Of a stretch of 64,000 nt of DNA, positions 11,166 to 24,218 are shown in pieces. The DNA comes from Camelus dromedarius (taxonomy: Eukaryota). The notes beneath the pieces are model-generated. The model saw only the letters and a list, made by a program, of their open reading frames with translations. It ran no database searches and had not been told where the DNA came from. The stretch is taken from contig NC_087439.1 in assembly GCF_036321535.1 (NCBI RefSeq), positions 45,570,001-45,634,000 of the forward strand, given 5' to 3'. The position numbers were made by a program, and so were the translations under genes. The first letter of the stretch is position 1; each line of letters begins with the position of its first letter.

Positions 11166-13475
11166 ATGTTGATAAAATTCAACATCCATTTATAATAAAA
11201 GCTCTCCAAAAAGAGGNNNNNNNNNNNNNNNNNNNNNNNNNNNNNNNNNNNNNNNNNNNNNNNNNNNNNNNNNNNNNNNNNNNNNNNNNNNNNNNNNNNN
11301 NNNNNNNNNNNNNNNNNNNNNNNNNNNNNNNNNNNNNNNNNNNNNNNNNNNNNNNNNNNNNNNNNNNNNNNNNNNNNNNNNNNNNCAATCAGACAAGGAA
11401 AAGGAATAAAAGGAATCTAAAGAAGAAGTAAAACTATCACTGTTTGCAGATGACTTGATATTATACATAGAAAATCCTAAAGATGCCAACAAAAAACTAC
11501 TAGAGCTTATCAATGAATTCAGTAAAGTTGCAGGATACAAAATTAATATACAGAAGTCTGCTGCATTTCTATATACTAACAATGAAATATCAGAAAAAGA
11601 AAAAAAAGGAAACAATCCATTTACCATCATATCAAAAAGAATGAAATACCTAGGAATAAACCTACCTAAGGAGCGAAAGGACCTGTACTCTGAAAACTAT
11701 AAGACACTGATGAAAGAAAGATGACATGAACAAATGGAAAGATACACTGATTTCTTGGATTGGAAGAATCAATATTGTTAAAATGGCCATACTGCCCAAG
11801 GCAATATACAGATTCAGAGCAATCCCTATCAAATTACCAATGGCATTTTTCACAGAAGGAACAAAAATTTTTTTAATTTGTATGAAAACACAAAAAGACC
11901 CTGGATAGTAGAAACAATCTTGAGAAAGAAGAACGAAGCTGAAGGAATCATGCTCCCTGACTTTAAACTATACTATAAAGCTATAATAATCAAGCAGTAT
12001 GGTACTAGCACAAAAAACCAGACACATAGATCAATGGAACAGGATAGAAAGCCCAGAAATAAACCCCCACACATATGGTCAATTTATCTGCAACAAAGGA
12101 AGCAAGAACATACAATGGAGAAAAGATTGTCTCTTCAATAAGTGGTGCTGGGAAAACTGGACAACTACAGGTAAAATAATGAAATTAGAACATTCTCTAA
12201 CACCATATACAAAAATTAATCTCAAAATGGATTAAAGACCTAAATGTAAGACCAGATACTCTAAAACTCCTAGAGGAAAACATGAAACACTCTTTGACAG
12301 AAATCACAGCAATGTATTTTTGTATCCATCTCCTAGAGTAATAGAAGTAAAAACAAAACCAAATGAGACCTAACTAAACTTAAAAGCTTTTGCAAAGCAA
12401 AGGAAACCATAAACAAAACAAAAAGACAACCTATAGAATGGGAAAAAATATTTGCAAATGACATGACTGACAAGGGATTAATTTCCAAATCATACAAACA
12501 GCTCATATAGNNNNNNNNNNNNNNNNNNNNNNNNNNNNNNNNNNNNNNNNNNNNNNNNNNNNNNNNNNNNNNNNNNNNNNNNNNNNNNNNNNNNNNNNNN
12601 NNNNNNNNNNNNNNNNNNNNNNNNNNNNNNNNNNNNNNNNNNNNNNNNNNNNNNNNNNNNNNNNNNNNNNNNNNNNNNNNNNNNNNNNNNNNNNNNNNNN
12701 NNNNNNNNNNNNNNNNNNNNNNNNNNNNNNNNNNNNNNNNNNNNNNNNNNNNNNNNNNNNNNNNNNNNNNNNNNNNNNNNNNNNNNNNNNNNNNNNNNNN
12801 NNNNNNNNNNNNNNNNNNNNNNNNNNNNNNNNNNNNNNNNNNNNNNNNNNNNNNNNNNNNNNNNNNNNNNNNNNNNNNNNNNNNATTTGAAAAGATACNN
12901 NNNNNNNNNNNNNNNNNNNNNNNNNNNNNNNNNNNNNNNNNNNNNNNNNNNNNNNNNNNNNNNNNNNNNNNNNNNNNNNNNNNNNNNNNNNNNNNNNNNN
13001 NNNNNNNNNNNNNNNNNNNNNNNNNNNNNNNNNNNNNNNNNNNNNNNNNNNNNNNNNNNNNNATAGATGGACCTAGAGATTATTAAGTGAAACAAGCAGA
13101 AATAGAAAAACTAATACCATATGATATCACTTATATGTGGAATCTTAAAAAAATGATACAAATGAACTTATTTGCAAACCAGAAACAGACTCAGACATAG
13201 AAAACAAACTATGTTTATCAAAGGGGAAAGGGGCAGGAGGAATAAATTAGGAGTTTGGGATTAACATATACACACTACTATATATAAAATAGATAAACAA
13301 CAAGGATCTACTTTATAGCACAGGTTACTATATTCAATATCCTTTAATAACCTATAATAGAAAAGAATCTGAAAAAGACTAGACATATATGTATATATGT
13401 ATAACTGAGACACTTTACTGTATACCTGAAACTAACACAACGTTGTAAATCAACTACACTTCAATTTAAAAAAAG
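11166..13475 (+). mobile_element. 5'-truncated, decayed L1 (ORF2 RT to C-terminus, 3'UTR, A-tail)
   Basis: RT motif FADD at 11443-11454 followed by ILYIENPKD...[12 protein letters not shown]; [20 protein letters not shown]; WCWENW; frameshifts and stops (e.g. att TGA aaa gat at 12885); 3'UTR ending caactacacttcaatttaaaaaaa. Confidence 0.95.
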
Positions 13476-13850
13476 ATTAGTAAATCACCTATGATAATCA
13501 ACCAGTGTAATACTATATAGCACATTGTAATATTATACAGTGTGCTGTATATTATACATGTTATAAATATGACATACATGCACTTACATATGTTGTATTC
13601 CACACAGATGTATGGGAAGATGCTCATAATACAAAAGGTAAGTGAAAATGGCAAATGTTTCTTGAGCTATCATTTTTTTAATGCATATTATATGCATAGA
13701 AAAGTGTCTGAAAATATATACAGCAAGATATTATATCTGGGTGTAGAGAGTCTCCCTGATCTTTATTTTCTTCTCATGAATATCTGTATTTTATACAGTA
13801 CAACAGTGGGTATATATTATTTTTTAATCAGAAAAGATTTCTAAAAAAGG
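13476..13850 (+). mobile_element. Ancient L1ME-like fragment, right part of the split element
   Basis: gtaatactatatagcacattg...atatacagcaag...ctttattttcttc, a degenerate L1ME 3' continuation. Confidence 0.5.
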
Positions 13851-16379
13851 AAACATTTTGCCACCAGTTCTTTTTGTCATTTACTTTAGGGAGAAAGATA
13901 TTGCTATACTTTCATTGATTAGTGATTGGTAAGTATTCAGACCATTTGGGAGTGTGGAGCATTTTCATTAAATAAAATATAAAGAAGAAAAGATGAGCAC
14001 AGCAATAGGAACAGCTCTGGTATCTCAAAAGCCACATGATTTATGGTACTTGCTCTTTGTTCTCCCCCCTTATCAGAATTTGATAAAGCTCACCTTCAGC
14101 AGATGATTTGTAGACAGTTTTAATTGGTCCGGATGTGGCACCAGATGAGTCAGGTACAAAACCGAGTTTTCAGTGTGGTTGTGCTCACTAGATTGTGGGA
14201 ACACAGCAAAAAGCCTCCAACTCTGCCCGGAAGAGGTGGCTGGGATGGGGGTGGGGCAGGAAAGGTTCTTCAGAAGAGCTGACACTTGAGCTAAAGGGTA
14301 AGGATGCAATGGCCAGGTGGGCAAGAGAGGAGATTATTCCAGGCAAAAGCACAGAAGTCTGAATACAACCCTGGGAAGTTAGTGTGTGCTTGGCAAATAC
14401 TTATTTATTGTGATGGTGGTGGTGAGTTGAAAAACAACAAAGCATTCTAGAAATCCTAACTTTCCAGTTTTTGTAATAAAAGATGCATTAACTGACACAT
14501 TTTGGGTGCCTTCGAACTTAACACGATAATTTATGTTCTTAAAATATTTTATTATTTTCCAGTCTTCTGTGTCTTCAAAGTTATTTAAATAAATCTAAGC
14601 AGTAAGAAGAATATGCAAGGACATCTAGCTGATATAAATCAGGAAAGAATTGATACGTAGTGACAGTGTGGGTAGATTCAGATCTGGGTGTTCCACATTT
14701 ATACCCTCAGCCCTTAGACTGTTCAGATTCCTCGTAGGAACTAAATGAGAATGTTCGAATCTCCAGTTGGGGTTCGATCTATGACCAGTTCATATGGAAA
14801 CCCTGTTAGCGCTCAGGTTAGCACGGATCTTTTACAAAGGGCCATGTCCTCGTCTCTGATGTCATTCCTTAAATGTCTTAATTTACCTTCAGAACTTGAA
14901 CTTATTGAAACCATTTCTGAAGATGTTCATGTTTTCTATTATCTTTCATGGTAATAACTTCCAGAAGGAAAGTTGTATGACTTATTTGTCTGAAACTTGC
15001 CTCCGTCAAGATTCATGGGGCTCCTACTGTGTTAAAGTGTCTTGGTCTGAGCATATTTTTTGCAGGGTGGATTGGCTGCTGCTTCTTGGGGAAACCAGAT
15101 TGACCTCTTCTTAGTAAAAGCTCCATGTACAGAAGATTTTTTTTTTTCTCTGAGGTATTAAAGAGGCAGGAACAAATTTACTTGGTTATGCTGATTAGCC
15201 TTTCTCCCAGGGCTACCAAGTAAGACTGGAGTTTACCATGAGAACTACTCCCAAATCTGGAGATGGCAGGAAGCTAACAAAAATCAACCCACAATGAATT
15301 AGCTGCAACCTAGCCTGATTTGAAATTAGAATATGCTTTCAAGTGAATGACTAATAGGTTTCATTCAAGAACGACTAATGGGTTTCTCAGTTTGTCTAGA
15401 AGCCATTCTGAATTACAATTGATCAAAGATAAGGCACAGTCTTACAAATTTTATGAAAGTTAATAAAAACCACACAAAGAAATTTAAATGAAGATTAGAA
15501 AATGGAGAGTCAAAGGGTAGTCAGCATGTCTCTATTCCTGTTCAAGAAAAAAGTTACTGATTCTAACCCTAAAGGAGAAAAAGACCAGTTACAGGACCAG
15601 CCTGATTGGTCAGATCCCCAAAGAGCACCCTGCTTCCTATGTTTTAATTCTAAGTTGTAATTTGGTTTCCAGAGTTTATCAGCCAACTAGTGAGAGGGAA
15701 AGTATAGTCCAGATTTTGGTACTCACTATAAAATCACACACTGGCATTCTACTTTTCAAGTATGACCCTTCTGAGTTTGGTTAGTGCAACTCAGCTCCCC
15801 CCAAAAATCATTACCCCTCAATGAACTAGCAAACTGACTTTTGGAGGCTGCAAAGTTTAGCCCTAGTTTTGGACCAAGGTGACTTCACCTAGTGCCACCA
15901 ACCCAGCATGACCAAGCCAGCTGGCCTTGTGGATCTGTGCTGCAGAAGAGAGATGCTGGGGCATTCTCAGGCCCCATGGGCTCAGGAGCCAGCCTCCACG
16001 CTGCCTCTCATCTGGTCACACTGGGATTGGAGTTTAAGAAAAGAGAATTCAATGTGAGTTTTGCCTGGGGGGCTTTTTCAGGGCAGATGCCCAGCAGAAG
16101 GATTCTCAGTAGTGACAGAGTTCCCATCTTCCCAAGAACCCACAATTCAATGCACTGACTGCAGTAAAGTAGGAGAGTGGCCAAGCCCTGGAAGGCGGTC
16201 TGCTTGAGACTTTAGTTATGGCTTCTGAGGGGCTAGAGGAGCCCTAGAAATATGCAGTGAATCAGATCTAGAGAGACAACTACCTCCTATTCACCACTCT
16301 TTGATAACCAAATTTATGGCTTCTGTCATGTGATTCCTAGCAGAGGCTGAGAACAGTATTATTTTTAAAAAATTTTCCT

Positions 16380-16960
16380 ACAGGTACAAAATACTATCAT
16401 GCTTTAAGAAGAGTAATTCCTTAATATCGTCTAATACCAACCCACAGTCAACATCCCCCAATTATTCTAAGAATCGTCCTTTACAATGATTTGTCCAAGC
16501 CAAGATCCAATCTAGGACATTATATCAAGTTGTTAGGTCCCTAAATCTCTATAGATATACAGTATTCCCTTTTTTCATGAAACTGACTTAATGAACCAAT
16601 TATCCTATAAAATAACTCACCATCTATATTTGTCTGCTTGATTCTTTTCGGTCTTAGCTTTTCCCTCTATACCCTGTGTTTTGGTATATCTAAAGCTTTG
16701 GTTGGATTAAGTTAAATGTTTTTGACCAAAAGAAAAAAATAGAAATATCTTAAGTGATGCCAAATACTTTATATTGCCTCCCATCACAAGGCAACGTCAT
16801 CCAGGCATTAGTGGTGCTAAGACTGGCACTAATTGAGCTGGTAACCTGATTTCTCCAATATGCAGTTACCCTGCTCCCTTTGTGACCTGAAGAAGGAATC
16901 TGTGTGGTGGCATTTTGGCACCATATGAATGTTCTATTCACCATCAACCTTTTGTCTATA
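16380..16960 (-). mobile_element. Ancient L1 (L1ME/MC-like) fragment
   Basis: ccaagatccaatctaggac, tattgcctcccatcacaagg, gctggtaacctgatttctcca resemble antisense old L1 3' motifs. Confidence 0.45.
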
Positions 16961-17044
16961 AAGTTTTATCAGCAATTGATAATTCTTATCTGGGTCAGTA
17001 ATTCCCCTTTGGAATCTCCTTTTCTATGTCAGCAGGTTTTATGC

Positions 17045-17215
17045 TGCACTGTTTACTAGTTATGACAAATTATGAAGCAAGTCATTAAGCTTCTAGATCC
17101 TTAATTCCCTCACCTGTAAAATGAGTATGGTTGTTAGAAATAGTAGATGAGATAACCCTGCATCCGTGGCCTGGTGACATGTGTGCAGGCACTAAGCATT
17201 GGCTGATTTTTGTGA
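17045..17215 (+). mobile_element. MIR fragment
   Basis: gcaagtcattaagctt...cctcacctgtaaaatgag...agatgagataa. Confidence 0.65.
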
Positions 17216-18047
17216 ATGTGCTTTTCCTCATTTTGGAACTGACAGCTTGCAAAACATCATCCACTTGCTTCCAGTCTCAGGTCCCTGGAGCATATGACAA
17301 TGTATCTGATAAAATTGCTGCAGAGCAGTTGAGGCTGTTAGACTTTTGAAGAAACCTGACTTACACCATTTTTTAAGGCAAACTGGAATTTGTTTCAAGT
17401 AAAGGCTGCTAAGATTAGTTTTTGCTAAGGCGTGTTATAAGAACCAGGGCCCTTGACATGCTTCAGGGGAGATGGGTTCCATTGGTAAGATTACATCTGG
17501 GAAATGCTGCCTATTCTTTTCCATTCTTGAGGTTCCATTGTGCATATTATTAAGTTAAAGTTTCTGGAAATCCTCTTAGGAAAGAAACCTGCTTAACTTT
17601 GTTAAATCAAGTACAAGTGCCTATGTACACTACTCATCCTGCCTCTGCCTTTTAGAAACCAAGTAAGACATGTGAAAATTATATTGAGATGCCTTGGATT
17701 CTTCAGAGGCTTCAGTGAGGAAGTAATCAAACTGATGAGCTGATCCCAGTGAAGAGGTGGAATGTGTCTGCACTTGCCTTTGGATCCTGAAAAGCCTTGC
17801 AAGCTTGAGGAGTTCTTAAGAAGTTATATATCCTTGTTGGGGCAGGAAAGGCAAAATTGGAGACCCCATGGTAATTCGGCAGCCAAACTCTTCTCAGATT
17901 TTCTCCAAAGCCCACCAGGACTCTGAGAGGACCTGAATCCACCTGTCCTATAGGTGTCCCAGAGCCACTGGGACTTGCCTAAGCTGACAGGAATGAGTTC
18001 TTGGGCCAATGCACAGAGACCCAAGGCACAACTGGTGTCATTGTTCA

Positions 18048-18270
18048 GAGGAAGAGCAGAGGATTTGGAGTCAGACTAACAGGATTAAGTGTCTTAGCTC
18101 TACCAGGTATATGCCATGATCCCTGGGCAAATCCCTTACCCTCTCTGAGCTGATTTCTTCATCTGTATAATTGGGACAGTTAAACCACTTAGTTCAAATG
18201 GTTGAGAAATTCTCATTAATTATGTAGAAGCATTTTAAAAACTATGAAGTGCTGTATAAATGCTAATTAA
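18048..18270 (+). mobile_element. MIR
   Basis: ttggagtcagac...ctgggcaaatcccttaccctctctgagctgatttcttcatctgtataattggg. Confidence 0.75.
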
Positions 18271-18339
18271 TTTAATTTTAATGCAGAGGGTATTACTGAT
18301 CTTCATGGCCCACATTTTGGGGGTCCACTAGTCATCCTT

Positions 18340-18515
18340 TTGTTTATTCAACTTGTCAAATATGTATTGAGCACTTACAGTGTACCAGGTACAGAATTAG
18401 GTGCTAGTATAAAGTACAGAATAAAGCAGATCCAGTCCCTGCTTTCTTGGAACTTACATTCCATAGTGGGAAACACATGATAAACAAATATTCACACAAA
18501 TAAATATATCATTAC
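18340..18515 (-). mobile_element. L2 3' end
   Basis: ttattcaacttgtcaaatatgtattgagcacttacagtgtaccagg...ttggaacttacattccatagtggg. Confidence 0.8.
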
Positions 18516-18659
18516 AGTCCCCTCTTCCCAGGTACTGATGTGATACTTCTCAAATGAGTATATTGCATATAATCTATATATATATGATGCATTTTGAAGA
18601 TAATACCATTTCAGAAAATGAATTTTTCAGTTGAAATAAAGAATAAGATTTTTTAAATG

Positions 18660-18850
18660 TAGAACTAGAAGAGGCCTGAGTAATAATTTATTTCAATCCC
18701 CTCATTTTATAGATGAGGAAAACTAGAACCCAGAATACTAGAAAAGTTTGCCCAGTCATGTTTGTGTGTGGAGAGACAGAGAAAGAGAGAGAGACCAAGG
18801 ATCTTGAGGCAGGAGTTAGAACCCAGACTTCCCTCCCCTTGGTCAGTGCT
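18660..18850 (-). mobile_element. MIR fragment
   Basis: cccctcattttatagatgaggaaaactag antisense core. Confidence 0.7.
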
Positions 18851-19808
18851 TTCCACTCTCCTGGGTTCCATCTGACAGGGATTGTAAAATCCTGTTTTAT
18901 CAGTGAGTTATAATTATCACATTTTTATACAATGTGTTCTAATTTCTGGAAATTGGGACACAGCACAATTGGCTTTTCCAAACTTTGCTCCATGAAACAT
19001 TACTGTTTTAATAAATGTTAATAGGTTATCAGTTTTTTAAATTTTTGATCAATTTATTTTAGAAAACTCTGCATCACCCCACCCCAACTTTAGAAATCCA
19101 TAAATGCACGTTATGATTGTAAAAGATCATTCCTGCAGTAAGGAAACCTCTTATGCTATGTACAGCTCAGCATTTCCCAAACTTATTTGACTACAGAATC
19201 TATCTTGAATTATTTAGCAATGGGATTAATGTGCTGGGTGGGAAGTACAGCCTAGCTTGGTTGGCTTCTTGGTAAAGTTTGTGAACGCCCAATAGTAAGC
19301 TGGATTGGATCACACAGCTTTAAAAAGGGCAGTTTCTTAAATCAGGCTGACTGTGGATGTAGGAGCAGCACCAGGTAGGATGCATTTCCTTAAGTTGACC
19401 AGGTCCTTTTTAACCAAGGACTGGAATGGGAAACAATGGAAGCTTAGAGTATGTTCTGATACATTTTTGGAGGAAAATATTCCTCTTTGTAAGTTCTTTT
19501 TGTTGTTCGTTACCATTTTCCAAAGTTCTAAAAATTATAATTTTTTTATTTTTAGGCATTCACAAGCCCAGAGTTCTTCAAAAGGGTACAATGTCTTCGC
19601 AGGACATTCAGTTAAGGTAGCTGGACATCTTGATTCTGAAGTAACTGTGTATCCTTATTACAGACTCATCCAAGTCCGTGGTCATGAAGCCTGTCTGTGG
19701 CTGCTTGGTTGGGCCATCCAAACATGAACTGTTAGTGATATTTTGAAGTCTTTGAGACAAAAGCGCAGCTCACTAAAGAATTTTGGTTCAGCAGAGAGAC
19801 AGGGAGGT

Positions 19809-20228
19809 NNNNNNNNNNNNNNNNNNNNNNNNNNNNNNNNNNNNNNNNNNNNNNNNNNNNNNNNNNNNNNNNNNNNNNNNNNNNNNNNNNNNNNNNNNNN
19901 NNNNNNNNNNNNNNNNNNNNNNNNNNNNNNNNNNNNNNNNNNNNNNNNNNNNNNNNNNNNNNNNNNNNNNNNNNNNNNNNNNNNNNNNNNNNNNNNNNNN
20001 NNNNNNNNNNNNNNNNNNNNNNNNNNNNNNNNNNNNNNNNNNNNNNNNNNNNNNNNNNNNNNNNNNNNNNNNNNNNNNNNNNNNNNNNNNNNNNNNNNNN
20101 NNNNNNNNNNNNNNNNNNNNNNNNNNNNNNNNNNNNNNNNNNNNNNNNNNNNNNNNNNNNNNNNNNNNNNNNNNNNNNNNNNNNNNNNNNNNNNNNNNNN
20201 NNNNNNNNNNNNNNNNNNNNNNNNNNNN
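19809..20228. other. 420-nt N block with no recognisable repeat in its flanks
   Basis: Seen directly; content unknown. Confidence 0.95.
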
Positions 20229-21639
20229 TATGAGAGAAAATCGGCACATAGCTGTTTTTGTATGGACTATAGTTAATTCAGGAGAGGGCTAGGTTGATTT
20301 GTTCAGAGGAAGAAATAAATGAATGAAGCAAAAGGTGTTGAGACTTTGCAACTAATTTCCCCAAAGAAAGGACCCACATGACCTCAAGATACTTAGATTT
20401 TCCCCCAGTACAATTGGAGCTAAGGGTCCTTTAGTTATACGGAAGCCATGTCCTTAAGGCTGCCTAATCAGAGGATAAAAATAATGTTTCTTTTAATGGG
20501 TCTTTCTGAAGCACCCTGTTTCTGGGACTGGTTCACTGTCTTCTCGGACTTGCCATGCTGCTCCAGACCACCCAGGACTGAGTCCCTCCAGAGGAGCCCC
20601 TGCAAAACCTGGTAAGAACATTTTAAATTATGTGCTGCTTCTACTATTTGCAAGCTTTTGTACTTTTTAATGAGTTGTTTAGGCAGGACTGTGTAGAAGA
20701 TAAAACTCAGATAGTAATATGACCTAATGTGAGCAAGAAGTTCAGATTTGGGAAGCCATACAGGCTGGAAGCAAGACTGGTATTAAAGGTAGCAGCTGAC
20801 CACCCACCTGTGCCACTGGTTTAGTTTTTTGAAGGAAGAAAATGAATATCAAAGGCCATACTTCTCCCTTCACTTGTAAGAACTTCAAGTTAGGGAAATG
20901 CTTTAAAACTTTATTTTCTTAAAGGAAAGATAAACAGTTGACCAGCTTTCAGTGGAGCGGATAGTTCAGGGTCAAAATCTAGGGCTTGGTAAGGAATATG
21001 GATTTAAAGAGTAGTTCTGCCCTTTTGGCAACACAGCCATCCTTTCAGCAAGAATATAGACATCTTGCCACACTCCTTTGGGACATAGCATCTTTGGCCC
21101 CTTTTCTAAATTCTTTCCTACAGAATATGGTAAAAGTCAGCTTGGGGCTTATGTGTGGCTATAATCAGGACTTCTGGAAGATAAAATAGAAGCATGATCA
21201 TAAGAAATATTCATGACCTAGAAGATACTAAGCACAATGTGGACTATTCCAAAGAAAGAAACCTTTTCAACATAAAATAGTGATACTATACTTATGGTCA
21301 ACCTCATTTGTTTTTCTGAAATATGCAGTAGTTTCTTAGGTCTCTTCAGATTTCTTCTTAGCCTGTTTTTCAGTGAAAAAGCTATAGACTGTGAAGTGGG
21401 AAATGCATAATAAATGTGTTAGGACCTTCGGTCCATATGGAACTTAAACTCTTGGAGTAAGACAGTAGAAGATTAGTGTATTACAGCTGAACCTCTTAAA
21501 TGGCTATGCAGAAAATGATAAACCTGTCCAAGAGAAGATTTTCCCCATAGCCAGATAATGTTCAGGCCACAATGAGGTAGAGGTAGGAATAGTACAAAAA
21601 AAGAGGGAAAATTTGGGAAAAGATAGTGTGGTGAATCAG

Positions 21640-21825
21640 AATCCATTGTGTAAGAATTTGGTTGGCACTTTTCTCTATCCAAACAGATAATCTGTACCTT
21701 TTAATTGGGATGTTTAGACAACTTACATTTAATGTGGTTATTGATATATTTTGGTTTATATCTATCATCTTGCTGTTTGTTTTCTATTTTTCCCATCTGG
21801 TCTTTGTTCTCTTTTGGCATTCTAC
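21640..21825 (-). mobile_element. Isolated L1 fragment encoding the ORF2 endonuclease N-terminus
   Basis: Minus ORF MIDINQNISITTLNVSCLNIPIKRYRLSVWIEK resembles L1 ORF2 start (ITILTLNVNGLNAPIKRHRLANWI). Confidence 0.85.
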
Positions 21826-21859
21826 TTTAAAATACATGTAAAAAGAAAAACTTAATGTA

Positions 21860-22125
21860 TGGTTAAATAGCCAAAGAGACAGATTCTGGAATCAGACTTG
21901 CATGAATTCAAATCTCTGCTTTCCTGTGTAGCATTAATGAAATTATGTAACGTCTCCTTACCTCAATACCTACACATGTGAAATGAGGAAAATGGTAGTT
22001 CATAGCCATAGGGTTGTACTAAGGATTAAATGAGCTCGTAGAAGTAAAGGGCACAGTTTGGTGTCTTGTTTCTTAGTTAAGTGTACATTATAATGTCAGC
22101 TGCTGCAGTGATAGTTATTACTGTT
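21860..22125 (+). mobile_element. MIR, near full length
   Basis: ttctggaatcagac...acatgtgaaatgagg...tagggttgtactaaggattaaatgag. Confidence 0.75.
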
Positions 22126-22419
22126 GATACTATATAAATGCAAAGTTAATCTATAAGTATGAAAAATGGGTAGAGATATAAATTTCTTATTGTAAGGCAT
22201 TAAGTTTTGGTGGTATAGTTTAGGAAGAGTAAAAATTTATTACAGTTTGAATTAACTACTAAAGAGACTTGTTGGATTACAATCATCTTTCCCCATCTTT
22301 AGGAAAGTATACCCCAAATTCAAACTTGTAAGTTACACATCTGATTTGCTGTAAATGGTTCACACGCGCTTTTCTGTCAGAATTGCTCCTTCCTTCCAGT
22401 CTAGATGGTTTTCCGTTGA

Positions 22420-23010
22420 GTCTGCCACCATCACCGTTACTTCTTATACTGTTATAAACAGTATTCTAAGTGCTCTTCCTGCTTCCATTTTTTTCCTTCT
22501 TCGTATTTCCTCATGCACAGATATCTGAAGAGTTTTTCTAAAGCATGCCCTGATCATAACATTCTCTTCCTCCATAATCTTCAGTGGCCCCCCCATTGTT
22601 TCAGCATCAACTCTAAGTTTCTTGGCATGACATACAAGGCTGTCTCTGTTCTCGTCCTAATCTTCCTTTCTAGCTCTATCTTCCACTGATCTCACTCCCT
22701 TATTCTCAGCTTAAGAATAACCAAACTACTCTCTATACTCCAAGCATGCCCAGTGTGTTCTTTCTCTCCTCTGTGACTTTGTTTATGCTGCTCTGTCTGC
22801 CCCACCTGTCATCCTTTGCTGTTCATTCTCAGAGTCCTCACCATTCTTCAGAGTCCACCATGGCTCCCTCTGAGCCCTTTGACTTTTCTTTTAGTACTAA
22901 TCATATCCTGCCTTGTATTAGTTATTTTCATTCACCTAATAGATTTTAAACTCTTTGGGGTCATATCTTTTCATTTCTGAATTCTCTTCTCACAGCTTAG
23001 CCTAGGTCCC
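22420..23010 (+). mobile_element. L2 body / 3' fragment
   Basis: tttctaaagcatgccctgatcat...cttcagtggccccccattg...ggcatgacatacaaggc. Confidence 0.65.
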
Positions 23011-23512
23011 CAAATCAAATTCTTCAGCATCCAAAGCTGTGATGAAATATAATGGAAGCAGAAATGAAATGAAAATCCTGAGTCACTGAGCCACAGAAAA
23101 GTTTTAAATTGTATTTATAAAGTGTATAATTCTGGAACATTGCACTTGCCGAGAGTAACTTTAACTACATTGCATTTTAAAGATGGACCTGGAACATTTC
23201 TAGGGTGCTGAGGAGCAAGCTGTATTGTACCAGCCTCCATTATGCAGTTGGCCATGCATAATGTTGGGGGGTGTTAGAGCCCCACCCCCGTCCCCTCGAG
23301 TGCCTAGCATTGGGCCTTAGTGATCTGGTTTCAGCTCTTCAGATTTGCTGAGCAAATCATACACACTTCCTTTCACACAATTGCTTCTCTCATGCCATCA
23401 CGTCATCATTTCCCTTACCTTTCCTCATTACTTAATTTTGTTGATCTTGGCAGAAGTTCAGCTATCAGAAGGCAAACTTGAGCTGTATTTCATCCTTGAA
23501 ACTCTTAGTCCT

Positions 23513-23623
23513 TAGAGTGACCAAACATCTCGATCTTCCCTGGACTGAAGCTTTTCCAGAATGTAGGTTTACAGTGCTAAAATCAGGACTGTCTCAGGCA
23601 AACTGGGACAAGTGGTCACCTGA
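23513..23623. mobile_element. MER81-like hAT (Blackjack) MITE
   Basis: TIRs tagagtgacca / tggtcacctga; internal cagtgctaaaatcaggactgtctcaggcaaactgggac; 111 bp. Confidence 0.75.
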
Positions 23624-24218
23624 TAATAATACTGAAAGCTGAAATTGATAGGGGGAGAACTTTTTTTTAATTAGATCACTCTATTAGGCAAGACTGAGCC
23701 TTAGACCTGTACTACAGAATCACCTTACACTGGCTGCCTGTGTTTGGAAGGCAATGCAAGCAGCTTGCCAAAAAGCAACCAATGTGATCATAAAGGGCTC
23801 AGATGTCACCCATTTGACAGGGAGAGCGTGTTTCTACAACAGAGGCTCAAAGGCAACATAATCCCTGTCGGGAAAGCACATGGAAACCAGACCCTACAAA
23901 GGCAAGGCTACTGGGCCTCCCTGTCCCACACCCAATGCCACTACAGGAAGCCACATACAAGACTTGGAGGCCACTCTTGGGCCCTCACATATGGGTAGTC
24001 TCTGGTGCTTTGAATCCCTGCTCTTTTTGGTTCCCATTGGACTGATCCATCTTTTCTTCTTGCCTGGGTGCCATGGAATTCACCATAAACCCTCATCATG
24101 GAGCCTCACTCTCAGGACTTTTCTCAGTGAGATGGTAAAGGAATTGCAGACATAGAATTCCTACCTTTAGCATGGGAGGTAGAAAAAAAACCTCCTTGAT
24201 AAAGGATCTTTTTTAGAC

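Noticed and set aside
11455-12235. Reverse transcriptase ORFs as a novel or active retroelement
   Set aside because: Ordinary 5'-truncated L1 ORF2 broken by frameshifts and stops
17656-17662. 7-nt microexon-like site (ttttag-AAACCAA-gtaaga) with upstream TGC motifs
   Set aside because: Not frame-preserving, short pyrimidine tract, expected by chance at this scale
19732-20292. Four overlapping 150-180 aa ORFs
   Set aside because: Almost entirely X residues from the 420-nt N block
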